From positions 1 through 64,000 of the IMG/VR virus record IMGVR_UViG_3300023196_002944: a stretch of 64,000 nt of DNA; one strand, 5' to 3'. Below, in pieces: positions 1-8,306 of the stretch. The translations under genes were made by a program, and so were the position numbers. A model generated the notes under the pieces. That model was given only the letters and a program-made list of their open reading frames with translations, ran no database searches and was not told where the DNA came from. The stretch's first letter is position 1, and each line of letters opens with the position of its first letter. Source of the DNA: a virus.

Positions 1-621
1 CCGCTGACGCCGCGAGAAGCGATATTCGTGCATGAGTTTTTGCGCGATCTGAATGCCATTGAGGCGGCAAAGCGGGCGGGGTACAAGATCAAGGATGACA
101 GAGCGTACGCGCTGCTGGAAAAAGCAAACATTCGGCATTCGATCCACTTCCAGATGCAGGCGAAGGATGAATCCCTCGACATCACGGAACTGCGCATCAT
201 CGAAGAGATTGCGGCGCTTGCCTTTGCCAACGTCGGAGACTTCATCGACTGGACTGGTGGCTCGGTGATGATTCGGTCCAAGAGCATGATCAAGCCGTCA
301 CTGCAGGCGGCGATTGCAGAGATTACGGAGGTCACGCTGCCCAACGGCATGACCACGATCCGCTTCAAACTACACAACAAACTGAAGGCGTTGGAAGACT
401 TGCTGGCTTACACCTTAGACAAGAACAAGGCGTTGCAGGGCAATGAAGATGATGAGATGGTCAAAGCGCTGACAAAGTCTCGTGCACGGTCGCTCTTGCG
501 TGCGCGAGAAGATGCCAAACGGGATGAAGAAGATGGGGAGGAAGCGGGGCGACTGGTGCGTGAGAGCGCACCTGATAGTGATCCGCTGGATGAAGCACTG
601 GATGGAGATAACAATGAATGA
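1..621 (+). CDS. terS: Terminase small subunit (5'-truncated)
   Basis: Frame is open from base 1: PLTPREAIFVHEFLRDLNAIEAAKRAGY matches the TerS N-terminal HTH pattern (LTxKQxxFVxEYLxDLNAxxAAxRAGY); KLHNKLKALEDL motif; lies upstream of terL. Confidence 0.85.
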   Translation, partial: PLTPREAIFVHEFLRDLNAIEAAKRAGYKIKDDRAYALLEKANIRHSIHFQMQAKDESLDITELRIIEEIAALAFANVGDFIDWTGGSVMIRSKSMIKPSLQAAIAEITEVTLPNGMTTIRFKLHNKLKALEDLLAYTLDKNKALQGNEDDEMVKALTKSRARSLLRAREDAKRDEEDGEEAGRLVRESAPDSDPLDEALDGDNNE

Positions 622-955
622 GGATATTGAAGTTAAAAATGTCGCGGAAGCTGACTTCGAGATTGCGGAGGGAGAAGCCATGTTGCGGTTCTTTCCGCTG
701 GATGGGGTCGACGCCCTGCACATGTTTGTGCGCCGGCCGAAGGATAGTGAGCCTGCGGATTTCCGTGAGTTGACCAAGAACCAGCGGCTGACGGCGCTGC
801 TCTTCGGAGCGCTGACTGAAACGACCGAGGGGCAGGCGCTGATTCATCACGCCCGGTCTCTGGAAAACTGGCTCATGCAATCTAAGTTGCCTATCGAAGA
901 AGCGCAAAAGGCATACTTCGAAATGGCATTTATCCACCCAAGTGGCTCCACGTAA
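614..955 (+). CDS. Hypothetical protein (~113 aa)
   Basis: ATG at 614 after GGAG, overlapping the terS stop; C-terminal part of track ORF 482..955. Confidence 0.6.
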   Translation: MNEDIEVKNVAEADFEIAEGEAMLRFFPLDGVDALHMFVRRPKDSEPADFRELTKNQRLTALLFGALTETTEGQALIHHARSLENWLMQSKLPIEEAQKAYFEMAFIHPSGST

Positions 956-1196
956 CTATGACGATGTGGAGTACATGATGAATCTCACCGACGCCCTCCC
1001 ACGGGGGGAGCAGCACTGGAAAGCGCATCTGACACCTCAGAAGGTGAGGGCCATGCGTGCGCTTCGGGGGAAGCACAAACTCTGCATCGCATGCATTGCG
1101 AAGCTCTACAGGGTCAATTACCAGACGGCATACGATGCCATCACTGGTCGGACGTGGGCACACGTAACTGAGGTGGCTGTAGGGGAAGAAGGTTAG
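942..1196 (+). CDS. Small HTH DNA-binding protein resembling the C-terminal domain of HNH homing endonucleases
   Basis: RGEQHWKAHLTPQKVRAMR...IAKLYRVNYQTAYDAITGRTWAHV matches the GExHxxAKLT...IR...LAxxYGV...W.HV pattern; no HNH catalytic domain. Confidence 0.6.
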   Translation: MAPRNYDDVEYMMNLTDALPRGEQHWKAHLTPQKVRAMRALRGKHKLCIACIAKLYRVNYQTAYDAITGRTWAHVTEVAVGEEG

Positions 1197-1226
1197 TGAG
1201 TACTTACCAACCAAGGAAATTCTATT

Positions 1227-1556
1227 ATGGATTCACACAAAGACGCTGCCCGCCTGCAACTGCTGGATCACTATTTTGAAGCGGTCGTTATCTGCGATCC
1301 CTTCACGGAGTTGAAGGCCACCATTCCACATGACCAACTCGACGAACTGACCACGGTCTTCATGACGTGGGGGGATGACGGTGTTCGCGCCTTTGTTCAC
1401 GCGGCTGTGGGTTACAGCGAGAAAGGGTCACTACTGACCCGAAATTACCTAGAAGCGAAGGAGTACATCCATGCGAGACGTAGAAGCGATGACAGTGACA
1501 GTGCAGATCGGAAAATTAGTGGGCTTCCTAAAGGGGCATCGGAAGACCCACATTGA
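1227..1556 (+). CDS. Hypothetical protein
   Basis: 109-aa ORF with AAGGA upstream, in operon orientation. Confidence 0.55.
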   Translation: MDSHKDAARLQLLDHYFEAVVICDPFTELKATIPHDQLDELTTVFMTWGDDGVRAFVHAAVGYSEKGSLLTRNYLEAKEYIHARRRSDDSDSADRKISGLPKGASEDPH

Positions 1557-1836
1557 GGAATATGAGCAGGCGTGCGGAGCCTACTTTCGGAAACTGAAAG
1601 ATGAACTCAACATACTGTCGGGGCAGGCTGGTGCGAACAAGTTCCGTAAAGACAACTACGTGATTCAGGTCGTGCAGCCGGTGAACCGCGAATCTGAGTA
1701 CAACAAGTATATCGGTATGCTGGAGATGGCCGAGGAAGAGACGTTGGCGATTTCCACGCATCAGTATCGATGCTTCGTAGACAACGAGTGGTTGTGGGCG
1801 CAAGAAGCGTTCTTGTCGAACTCCACGTACCGATAA
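1471..1836 (+). CDS. Hypothetical protein
   Basis: AAGGAG 7 nt before ATG; 121-aa ORF with natural composition. Confidence 0.6.
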   Translation: MRDVEAMTVTVQIGKLVGFLKGHRKTHIEEYEQACGAYFRKLKDELNILSGQAGANKFRKDNYVIQVVQPVNRESEYNKYIGMLEMAEEETLAISTHQYRCFVDNEWLWAQEAFLSNSTYR

Positions 1837-1850
1837 GCTAGGATATAATC

Positions 1851-2153
1851 ATGGCATCAGGAATTGAAGATGAAATGGCTGAAGTTAACGAGGTAGCAAC
1901 GCTTGCTCAGTCAGCCGTTGCTTCAGATGGCAAACTGGACCCGGATGATGCGGCGTTGATCATGACTGCAGATGGCAGGATGAAATGCGTCGTGCCGGGG
2001 GTGGGGGGCGACGGAGAGGATGGTATGCCGCCGCACTGCGCGTTGATTGCCGGGTTGTACCTGTCGTTCCGTGATCAGACCGAGGCGGGAAAGCAGTTCA
2101 TGGATGCGGCGCTGACTTACTTACAGGAGGCGTTCCCCCGCGATGCGAAGTAA
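1851..2153 (+). CDS. Hypothetical protein
   Basis: 100-aa ORF overlapping the terL start. Confidence 0.6.
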   Translation: MASGIEDEMAEVNEVATLAQSAVASDGKLDPDDAALIMTADGRMKCVVPGVGGDGEDGMPPHCALIAGLYLSFRDQTEAGKQFMDAALTYLQEAFPRDAK

Positions 2154-3582
2154 TTTTGGGGACGATGTCGGGAAATATGTAGCCGAGCCCGGCAAATTCT
2201 CCAATGACATCTATAAGTGGGGGGAAGAGGGCACCATTCTCTACGATCATGATGGCCCTGATATTTGGCAAGCCAAGGTACTGGCGCGAATAGCCTACTG
2301 CGTCGCTCGAAATCTCCCTGTCAGAATCGCCGTGGCGTCCGGTCACGGCATAGGCAAGTCAGCCTTGGTGGCGTGGTTGATCCACTGGTTCATGTCCACG
2401 CGTGGCCCGAACCCGCAGGTGGTGGTCACGGCCAACACCAAGAACCAGTTGATGACCAAGACGTGGCGCGAACTCGCCCGTTGGCACAAGTTGTCCATCA
2501 ACGAGAAATGGTTCAAGTGGACGGCCACGCGCTACTACGGCTTTAAGAACCCTGAGACATGGGTGGCCAACGCGATCCCGTGGTCTAGTGAGAACTCCGA
2601 AGCGTTCGCCGGCACCCACGAAGAGCATGTGCTGGTCATCTTCGATGAAGCGTCGGCGGTCGACGATGCGATCTGGGAAGTCACCGAGGGCGCGATGACC
2701 ACACCCGGAGCCATGTGGGTGTGCTTCGGGAACCCGACGCGGAACACCGGTCGGTTCAGGGAGTGTTTTGCCGGGGGCAAGTTCTCTCACCGGTGGTGGA
2801 CGATGCAGGTGGATTCCCGCACGGCCAAGATGGCAGACAAGCGGCAGCTAAACGAGTGGATCGAAGATTACGGGATTGATTCTGACTTCGTGAAGGTTCG
2901 TGTCCTCGGCCAGTTCCCCGTCGCTGCCAACAACCAGTTCATCCCCAGTGACATCGTCACTCGCGCACGCGAACTGATTCTTCCTGACGCTGACTTTATC
3001 CAAGAGCCAAAGATTCTGTCCTGTGATCCGGCACGCTTCGGTGATGACTCCACCGTGGTCACGCGCCGGCAGGGCGGGAAGGTCTGGCAGCAAGCAGAGT
3101 ACAAGGGGCTCGACACCATGGCCGTCGCCCGGATTGTGGCGAATGATATCGATGAGTGGTCACCTGATGGAGTGTTCGTCGATGGCATTGGCATCGGGGC
3201 TGGCGTAGTGGATCGCCTACGTGAGATGCACTTCAAGACCTTCGATGTGCAGGTGTCAAATACGGCGAACCAAGAGGATGAATACTTCAATCATCGGGCT
3301 GAAATCTGGGGGGATGGGAGGAAGTGGCTGAGAAGGCAGGTTGATTTACCTGCCGATGATGATAAATTGCAGACAGACCTGATCGGTATTGAGTATGGGT
3401 TTGATGGCAAGGGCCGCATCCAACTGGAGAAAAAGTCCGATATGAAGAAGCGGGGGCTGAACTCCCCCGACCGTGGCGATTCACTGTTCCTTGGGTTCAG
3501 TGTTCCTGTGAGGAAGGATATGTTGCGGGATAGTGGTATATTGGCGATACGCCGTGAGACTGCGAACTGGCGTGTCTTGTAA
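2143..3582 (+). CDS. terL: Terminase large subunit
   Basis: Walker A SGHGIGKS, Walker B LVIFDEAS, coupling motif GNP, RNase H-like nuclease motifs DPARFGDD and SPDRGDS. Confidence 0.95.
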   Translation: MRSNFGDDVGKYVAEPGKFSNDIYKWGEEGTILYDHDGPDIWQAKVLARIAYCVARNLPVRIAVASGHGIGKSALVAWLIHWFMSTRGPNPQVVVTANTKNQLMTKTWRELARWHKLSINEKWFKWTATRYYGFKNPETWVANAIPWSSENSEAFAGTHEEHVLVIFDEASAVDDAIWEVTEGAMTTPGAMWVCFGNPTRNTGRFRECFAGGKFSHRWWTMQVDSRTAKMADKRQLNEWIEDYGIDSDFVKVRVLGQFPVAANNQFIPSDIVTRARELILPDADFIQEPKILSCDPARFGDDSTVVTRRQGGKVWQQAEYKGLDTMAVARIVANDIDEWSPDGVFVDGIGIGAGVVDRLREMHFKTFDVQVSNTANQEDEYFNHRAEIWGDGRKWLRRQVDLPADDDKLQTDLIGIEYGFDGKGRIQLEKKSDMKKRGLNSPDRGDSLFLGFSVPVRKDMLRDSGILAIRRETANWRVL

Positions 3583-3607
3583 TTATGTGATGCTGGAGGA
3601 ATGAATC

Positions 3608-3943
3608 ATGGCTGCTGGTCAGACAATTGCTTCTATCGGTAGTGAAGTTGGTCATCCGCGTGCGGACCTGACCGTAACCGTAGCTGCCCCAGTACTGCTG
3701 CGCATCCGTGGCAGTTCACACCCCATCTCTCTCGTCGGGCTAGCGCCCGCTACGGCGACACTGGTTGTTGCCTATACGTTGTCAAGCTGGGATGAAATGG
3801 ATGCCGGGACTGCCGTCTGGGTGGATTCCGCTATCACGTTTACTCCCGGCACAACGCCTATTGGTGGACAGATCGGATTCCCCGTGAATGGCCTGCGCGC
3901 CACAGCTACTACGCTGACGTGCACGTTGCAGGCGCAGGTGTAA
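3608..3943 (+). CDS. Small beta-rich putative virion protein
   Basis: GGAGG RBS; A/T/V/G-rich 111 aa; first gene of the appendage cluster. Confidence 0.6.
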   Translation: MAAGQTIASIGSEVGHPRADLTVTVAAPVLLRIRGSSHPISLVGLAPATATLVVAYTLSSWDEMDAGTAVWVDSAITFTPGTTPIGGQIGFPVNGLRATATTLTCTLQAQV

Positions 3944-3946
3944 ATC

Positions 3947-4306
3947 ATGGCCTGCGTGCAGCGCGAAAAACTGTGCATTTCGCAGGGGTCGGATTACGAC
4001 CATACCTTCGTCTACACGGAGAAGGACGGTGTCACTCCCATCGACATCACAGGCTTCACCGTAAGGATGAAGTTCAAACCCGACTATGATGACGATACAA
4101 TACTCTACGAAGCCACCTCGGCGGGGGGAGAATTTACGATCCCTAACGGTACGGATGGCGAGATTGAACTGTCCATTGCGAATACGGTCACTGAAGCTTG
4201 GCCTTTTGAAGATGCGGTGTATGATATTGAAATCGTGTCGGCAACAAGCAAAGTAACTCGTATACTGCAAGGTATAGTGGTCCTATCACCGGAGGTAACT
4301 GACTAA
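3947..4306 (+). CDS. Putative fibre-attachment/adaptor protein (BppU N-terminal-like)
   Basis: ISQGSDY...PIDITGFTVRM...GEIELSI...YDIEIV...RILQGIV pattern typical of small phage Ig-like fibre-anchoring proteins. Confidence 0.6.
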   Translation: MACVQREKLCISQGSDYDHTFVYTEKDGVTPIDITGFTVRMKFKPDYDDDTILYEATSAGGEFTIPNGTDGEIELSIANTVTEAWPFEDAVYDIEIVSATSKVTRILQGIVVLSPEVTD

Positions 4307-4473
4307 TGGCTATAGCAAGCGTAGCGCGTAATTACGCAAAATCCGTATCTCTTGATGCCGTGAAGATCACGGCGGATGGGAAGCGTGTCCCACTCGGGAC
4401 CATTTCGTACTGGCACCGCAATCCGTTCATGCGTCTGATGTATGTGGTAAAGCGGTTTTTCAATCTTGTCTAA
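4306..4473 (+). CDS. Small protein, 55 aa (not in ORF track)
   Basis: GGAGGT at 4291; ATG overlaps the upstream TAA; MAIASVARNYAKSVSLDAVKITADGKRVPLGTISYWHRNPFMRLMYVVKRFFNLV fills the gap exactly. Confidence 0.7.
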   Translation: MAIASVARNYAKSVSLDAVKITADGKRVPLGTISYWHRNPFMRLMYVVKRFFNLV

Positions 4474-4485
4474 TGGAGGCTAGCA

Positions 4486-4857
4486 ATGGCTACTCTGGTA
4501 ACGAATGCAGGTCTTGCCGTCGTCACAAACCGACTGAAGGGCGCGGGCACTGAACCCAACTACATCGATTGGGGCACCGACGTCACGGCGGCTGCGGTCA
4601 CCGATACGGCGCTCGGCACTCCCGGTGGTGAGGCCCGCGTAGCGGGTACCTCAACGCAGGAGACGACTTCGGTCACTAACGACACCTACCGTGTTGTTGG
4701 CACCATGACTGAAGGCGGCGCGGGCGAGACATTCCGAGAAGCAGGACTGTTCGACGCGACAACGGCCGGCAACATGCTGGTCAGTGCGCAGTTCGGGGAT
4801 GTTGTTCTGGCGACGGGCGAGTCGATCCAGTTTACGTTCAACGTCCAGTTCTCGTAA
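4486..4857 (+). CDS. Small structural protein resembling the tail-collar-fibre N-terminal domain; candidate major filament subunit
   Basis: LVTNAGL...YIDWGT...DTAL...EAR...EAGLFD...GNML pattern; GGAGG RBS; followed by a hairpin. Confidence 0.65.
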   Translation: MATLVTNAGLAVVTNRLKGAGTEPNYIDWGTDVTAAAVTDTALGTPGGEARVAGTSTQETTSVTNDTYRVVGTMTEGGAGETFREAGLFDATTAGNMLVSAQFGDVVLATGESIQFTFNVQFS

Positions 4858-4870
4858 TGACTCGGGCCAT

Positions 4871-4908
4871 GGGTTGACGGTGCTGTAACAACGGCACCGT
4901 TGGCCTTT
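4871..4908 (+). terminator. Putative intrinsic terminator
   Basis: GGGTTGACGGTGCTGT-AACA-ACGGCACCGTTGGCCT stem (with G:U pairs), followed by a short T run. Confidence 0.55.
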
Positions 4909-4922
4909 GAGGGGAGACGCGC

Positions 4923-7742
4923 ATGGCTCTCGTCTTCAAGGACCGGGTCAAAGAGACAACGTCGACGACCGGGACGGGTACCTATACTCTTCTCGGCGCA
5001 GCGGCGGGCTATCAGTCCTTCGCTGATATTGGTGATGGCAACACCTGCCATTACTTCGTATCTAATGGTGTCGACTGGGAATCTGGTCTAGGCACCTACA
5101 CGGCGGCGGGCACACTCCTTGCCCGCACAACCATCTACGAATCCTCCAATGCCGACGCCGCCGTTAGCTGGGGCGCGGGCACCAAGCAAGTTGAACATGG
5201 CCCGGTGGCGGCGTACGCGGGCGTCACGCTGGTCGATGCCGACATCGGCGTCACCGTCGCCGCCTTCGCTCACAACCACGCTGGAGTATACGAGCCGGCC
5301 GACGCCACGATCCTTAAAGACGCTGACATCGGCGTCACCGTCGCGGCCTTCGCTCACACCCATGCTGGGGTCTATGAGCCGGCCGACGCTACGATCCTCA
5401 AGGATGCAGACATCGGCGTTACGGTCGCGGCCTTCGCGCACAACCACTCAGGCGTGTATGAGCCGGCCGACGCCACGATTCTGAAAGACGCTGACATCGG
5501 CGTCACCGTCGCCGCCTTCGCGCACAACCACTCAGGCGTCTACGAACCGGTCTTCTCCAAGAACACAGGGTTCAACCTCAATCTCGGTACGGGGGCCGGA
5601 ACCGTATCGGAGGGCAACCACAACCACACCGGAGTCTACGAACCCGCTGACGCCACCATCCTCAAAGATGCTGACATCGGCGTTACCGTCGCCGCCTTCG
5701 CGCACAACCACTCGGGGGTGTACGAACCCGCCAGCGCCAATCTGACCAAAGACAATGTAGCCGAGACGATCACTGCGGCATGGGCATTCAACGGCGACAT
5801 CACGACCGCCTTTGAGCAGCACACCTATCTTGGTGCCTACCACGGTATAACAGGTAGCTCTGAATCCATTGTCTCTGGCGGATCAGGAACCACGGACGCT
5901 GTATATCTCGGGCGTATATGTACCGGGATGCACACGCTAAAAATTTATTACTCTGGCTGGGGTGCCTACGAGGGTGGCGAGTACCTAGTCCATAAGGATT
6001 ACGGCGTCACCACTCCAACCATTTTTGAGCAGAATGTTTGGGGCGCTGAGTTAACCTCCCTGCATTGGGTTTCTGTATCCAATACAGCCTGCGATCTGTT
6101 CCTGCTGTTTACGCACTCATCGCCCGTCTCAGAGAGCATCGCCGTCCGATGGACATTTGAATCGGTCAAGGCGACCGCTGACGAGAGAGTAACCTTCCCT
6201 GCGGTAACACCGCCGACGCTTGACGGCACGAATGACATTGTTCCGTGGAAGAAAACACCCAACACGGGTATTACAGAGTACGTCAACACCCCGACTGTCG
6301 GCGGAACAGCGGTATCCCTGACCACGCATAACCACTCGGGCGTGTATGAACCTGCTGACGGCACCATCCTCAAGGACGCTGATATTGGCGTGACGGTCGC
6401 TGCCTTCGCGCACAACCATAGTGCTGCCAATATTACCTCTGGCACCCTTGCGGTTCTTCGCGGCGGTACAGGTGTAACCACGAAGACAGGGACCGGGTCT
6501 GTAGTCCTCTCCGCAAGCCCGGTATTCACCGGGACAGTCGATCTTGGAACGCTTGCCCTAGTCGATGAGCTTAGGGTGGGCGACGGGTCTGTTTCGGCAC
6601 CGTCCATGACTTTTGGTGGGGACACCAATACTGGGTTTTATCGCTACGTAAGTACGGACACATACTTAGCCGTAACAGTAGGCGGGAACCTATGTGCTGA
6701 GTTTGGGTTTGACGAATCTAGTTACGAGTACACGGGTATTTATGGCGACCTGTATGTCTATGGGCAGGGCATTTGGGCTGATGAGGTATTTCTAGCAGAC
6801 CCCGGAAATGTCCAATTAACACTGGATAACACTGTCGCGCCTTCTACGCACGACCGGGTAACGATGGGGGTCAGCACCACTGGCCTGTTCACAATAGATG
6901 GCGACGGCATCCCGATCTTCGAATCGCAGATGGCGGCGACCACGATTACCTACAATCGGTTCCGTGGCCCGATGCAGTTCCAGTACGGCAGCACGGGGCA
7001 GGGCTTCACGGCGCTGTTCGGGGCGGACGCCATATCGAACGGCAGCACCCTGACCAACGTCACGACGAAGATCGCCCGAGTGGGCGTTCCACACTACACC
7101 AATGCAGAACAACCAATGTGCCTGTTTTGGGGGCAGAGCGCCTCCGGCTCTACCAGCATGTCCATAGGCGGTGGGTCGTCACTGTTTAACACTATTGAAA
7201 CCCTCAATATCTACGGAGCCGCCAACGACACGACGGTTACAGGCACGTTGCTGGCCCAGTTCACGCTGGCCGCCGGGCTGAACATGCAGCAGCAGGGCGT
7301 CAAGCTCAACAACCTCGCCTCATCCAACGTGAATACTTTGGATGATTACGAAGAAGGAACCTTCACTCCGGTTGTGTCAGGCAGTACCGTTACCGGGTCA
7401 GGGACATACTCAACTCAGAACGGGTACTACACAAAAGTAGGGGATGTTGTTTACGTATCCATAGATATTGGGTGGACGGCACATACGGGTAGCGGGAATA
7501 TGCTTTTGGATGGGTTGCCTTTTAACGCCAACGCTTCTCATTCCTACCACACGCTCTCGTGCAATTATGAGAGTGGGGTAACTAATAGAACTACAAATAA
7601 GCACATATCCGGTGGGTACATCACGCCTGGTAATAATTACGCTACGTTAGTGCAAACTGACCACGCCGCAGCAGGGGGCGCAGGGGCTATATCTCTCGGG
7701 GCGGCGGGGCGTCTGATGTTCAATGGGTTTTATAAGGTGTAA
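4923..7742 (+). CDS. Tail/head fibre (receptor-binding) protein, 939 aa
   Basis: N-terminal DRVKETT..TGTG domain, 28-aa HxH repeats, LAVLRGGTG motif, GSVSAPSMTFGGDTNTGFY motif and C-terminal LDDYEEGTFTP...YTKVG domain typical of phage fibres. Confidence 0.8.
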   Translation: MALVFKDRVKETTSTTGTGTYTLLGAAAGYQSFADIGDGNTCHYFVSNGVDWESGLGTYTAAGTLLARTTIYESSNADAAVSWGAGTKQVEHGPVAAYAGVTLVDADIGVTVAAFAHNHAGVYEPADATILKDADIGVTVAAFAHTHAGVYEPADATILKDADIGVTVAAFAHNHSGVYEPADATILKDADIGVTVAAFAHNHSGVYEPVFSKNTGFNLNLGTGAGTVSEGNHNHTGVYEPADATILKDADIGVTVAAFAHNHSGVYEPASANLTKDNVAETITAAWAFNGDITTAFEQHTYLGAYHGITGSSESIVSGGSGTTDAVYLGRICTGMHTLKIYYSGWGAYEGGEYLVHKDYGVTTPTIFEQNVWGAELTSLHWVSVSNTACDLFLLFTHSSPVSESIAVRWTFESVKATADERVTFPAVTPPTLDGTNDIVPWKKTPNTGITEYVNTPTVGGTAVSLTTHNHSGVYEPADGTILKDADIGVTVAAFAHNHSAANITSGTLAVLRGGTGVTTKTGTGSVVLSASPVFTGTVDLGTLALVDELRVGDGSVSAPSMTFGGDTNTGFYRYVSTDTYLAVTVGGNLCAEFGFDESSYEYTGIYGDLYVYGQGIWADEVFLADPGNVQLTLDNTVAPSTHDRVTMGVSTTGLFTIDGDGIPIFESQMAATTITYNRFRGPMQFQYGSTGQGFTALFGADAISNGSTLTNVTTKIARVGVPHYTNAEQPMCLFWGQSASGSTSMSIGGGSSLFNTIETLNIYGAANDTTVTGTLLAQFTLAAGLNMQQQGVKLNNLASSNVNTLDDYEEGTFTPVVSGSTVTGSGTYSTQNGYYTKVGDVVYVSIDIGWTAHTGSGNMLLDGLPFNANASHSYHTLSCNYESGVTNRTTNKHISGGYITPGNNYATLVQTDHAAAGGAGAISLGAAGRLMFNGFYKV
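5235..5731 (+). repeat. 84-bp (28-aa) tandem repeats DADIGVTVAAFAHNHSGVYEPADATILK
   Basis: About four tandem copies, a fifth after a short insert, and another near 6327-6420; copies differ mainly at synonymous sites. Confidence 0.9.
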
Positions 7743-7745
7743 AAA

Positions 7746-8036
7746 ATGGCAATCATACAGCGCGTAGAAACACAAATAGACGTACTTCGTGATCGACAGC
7801 TAGGCGTTGCGGTATACACGATCACCGAGGACAGCGTGACCGGCGAAGAAATGGCCCCGGCGCAAGTAGACCGTCGCGTGATCGATGTAGAAGATGATGT
7901 GACCGCCGAAGCTAAAGACATTAAGGATATAGCATCCTTGGTGTGGACTCCTGCCGTTAAATCCGCAAGGCAGGTTAAACGTGCGGAAGAAGCGGCCAAA
8001 ATGGAAGAACTGACGCCGCCGATAGTTGAAGAGTGA
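7746..8036 (+). CDS. Small fibre-associated protein (possible tip/chaperone)
   Basis: IDVL...RRVI...DV...IASLVWTPAV resembles the small gene that typically follows LDDYEEGT-type fibre domains in environmental phages. Confidence 0.6.
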   Translation: MAIIQRVETQIDVLRDRQLGVAVYTITEDSVTGEEMAPAQVDRRVIDVEDDVTAEAKDIKDIASLVWTPAVKSARQVKRAEEAAKMEELTPPIVEE

Positions 8037-8066
8037 TTTGTGTAACTTAAGCAGAAGGATTTAATA

Positions 8067-8303
8067 ATGGATGAGCAAGCGAAACAAGTAGCGAACTACC
8101 TTCTAGGGCTTCTTCAGGAAGCCTGCACTATTCCCGCACGCGAAGCGGAGAACGTCGTAGGAGCGAAGAACTTCCTGCGTGCGATGGCGACTGGGCAATT
8201 GGTGGTCAGTGAACCGAAAGCCCCAGACACCCCGCCCCCCGTTCCGCCAAAGGGGAATGGAGTGGATAGCCCGGATAGCCCGGATTCCCCGCCCGCTGAA
8301 TGA
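8067..8303 (+). CDS. Hypothetical protein with Pro-rich tail
   Basis: AAGGA RBS; 78-aa ORF in operon. Confidence 0.6.
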   Translation: MDEQAKQVANYLLGLLQEACTIPAREAENVVGAKNFLRAMATGQLVVSEPKAPDTPPPVPPKGNGVDSPDSPDSPPAE

Positions 8304-8306
8304 CTC

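Noticed and set aside
5235-5731. CRISPR array or DGR template/variable repeat
   Set aside because: Repeats are in-frame 84-bp coding units without unique spacers; differences are synonymous rather than adenine-specific; no reverse transcriptase in the window.
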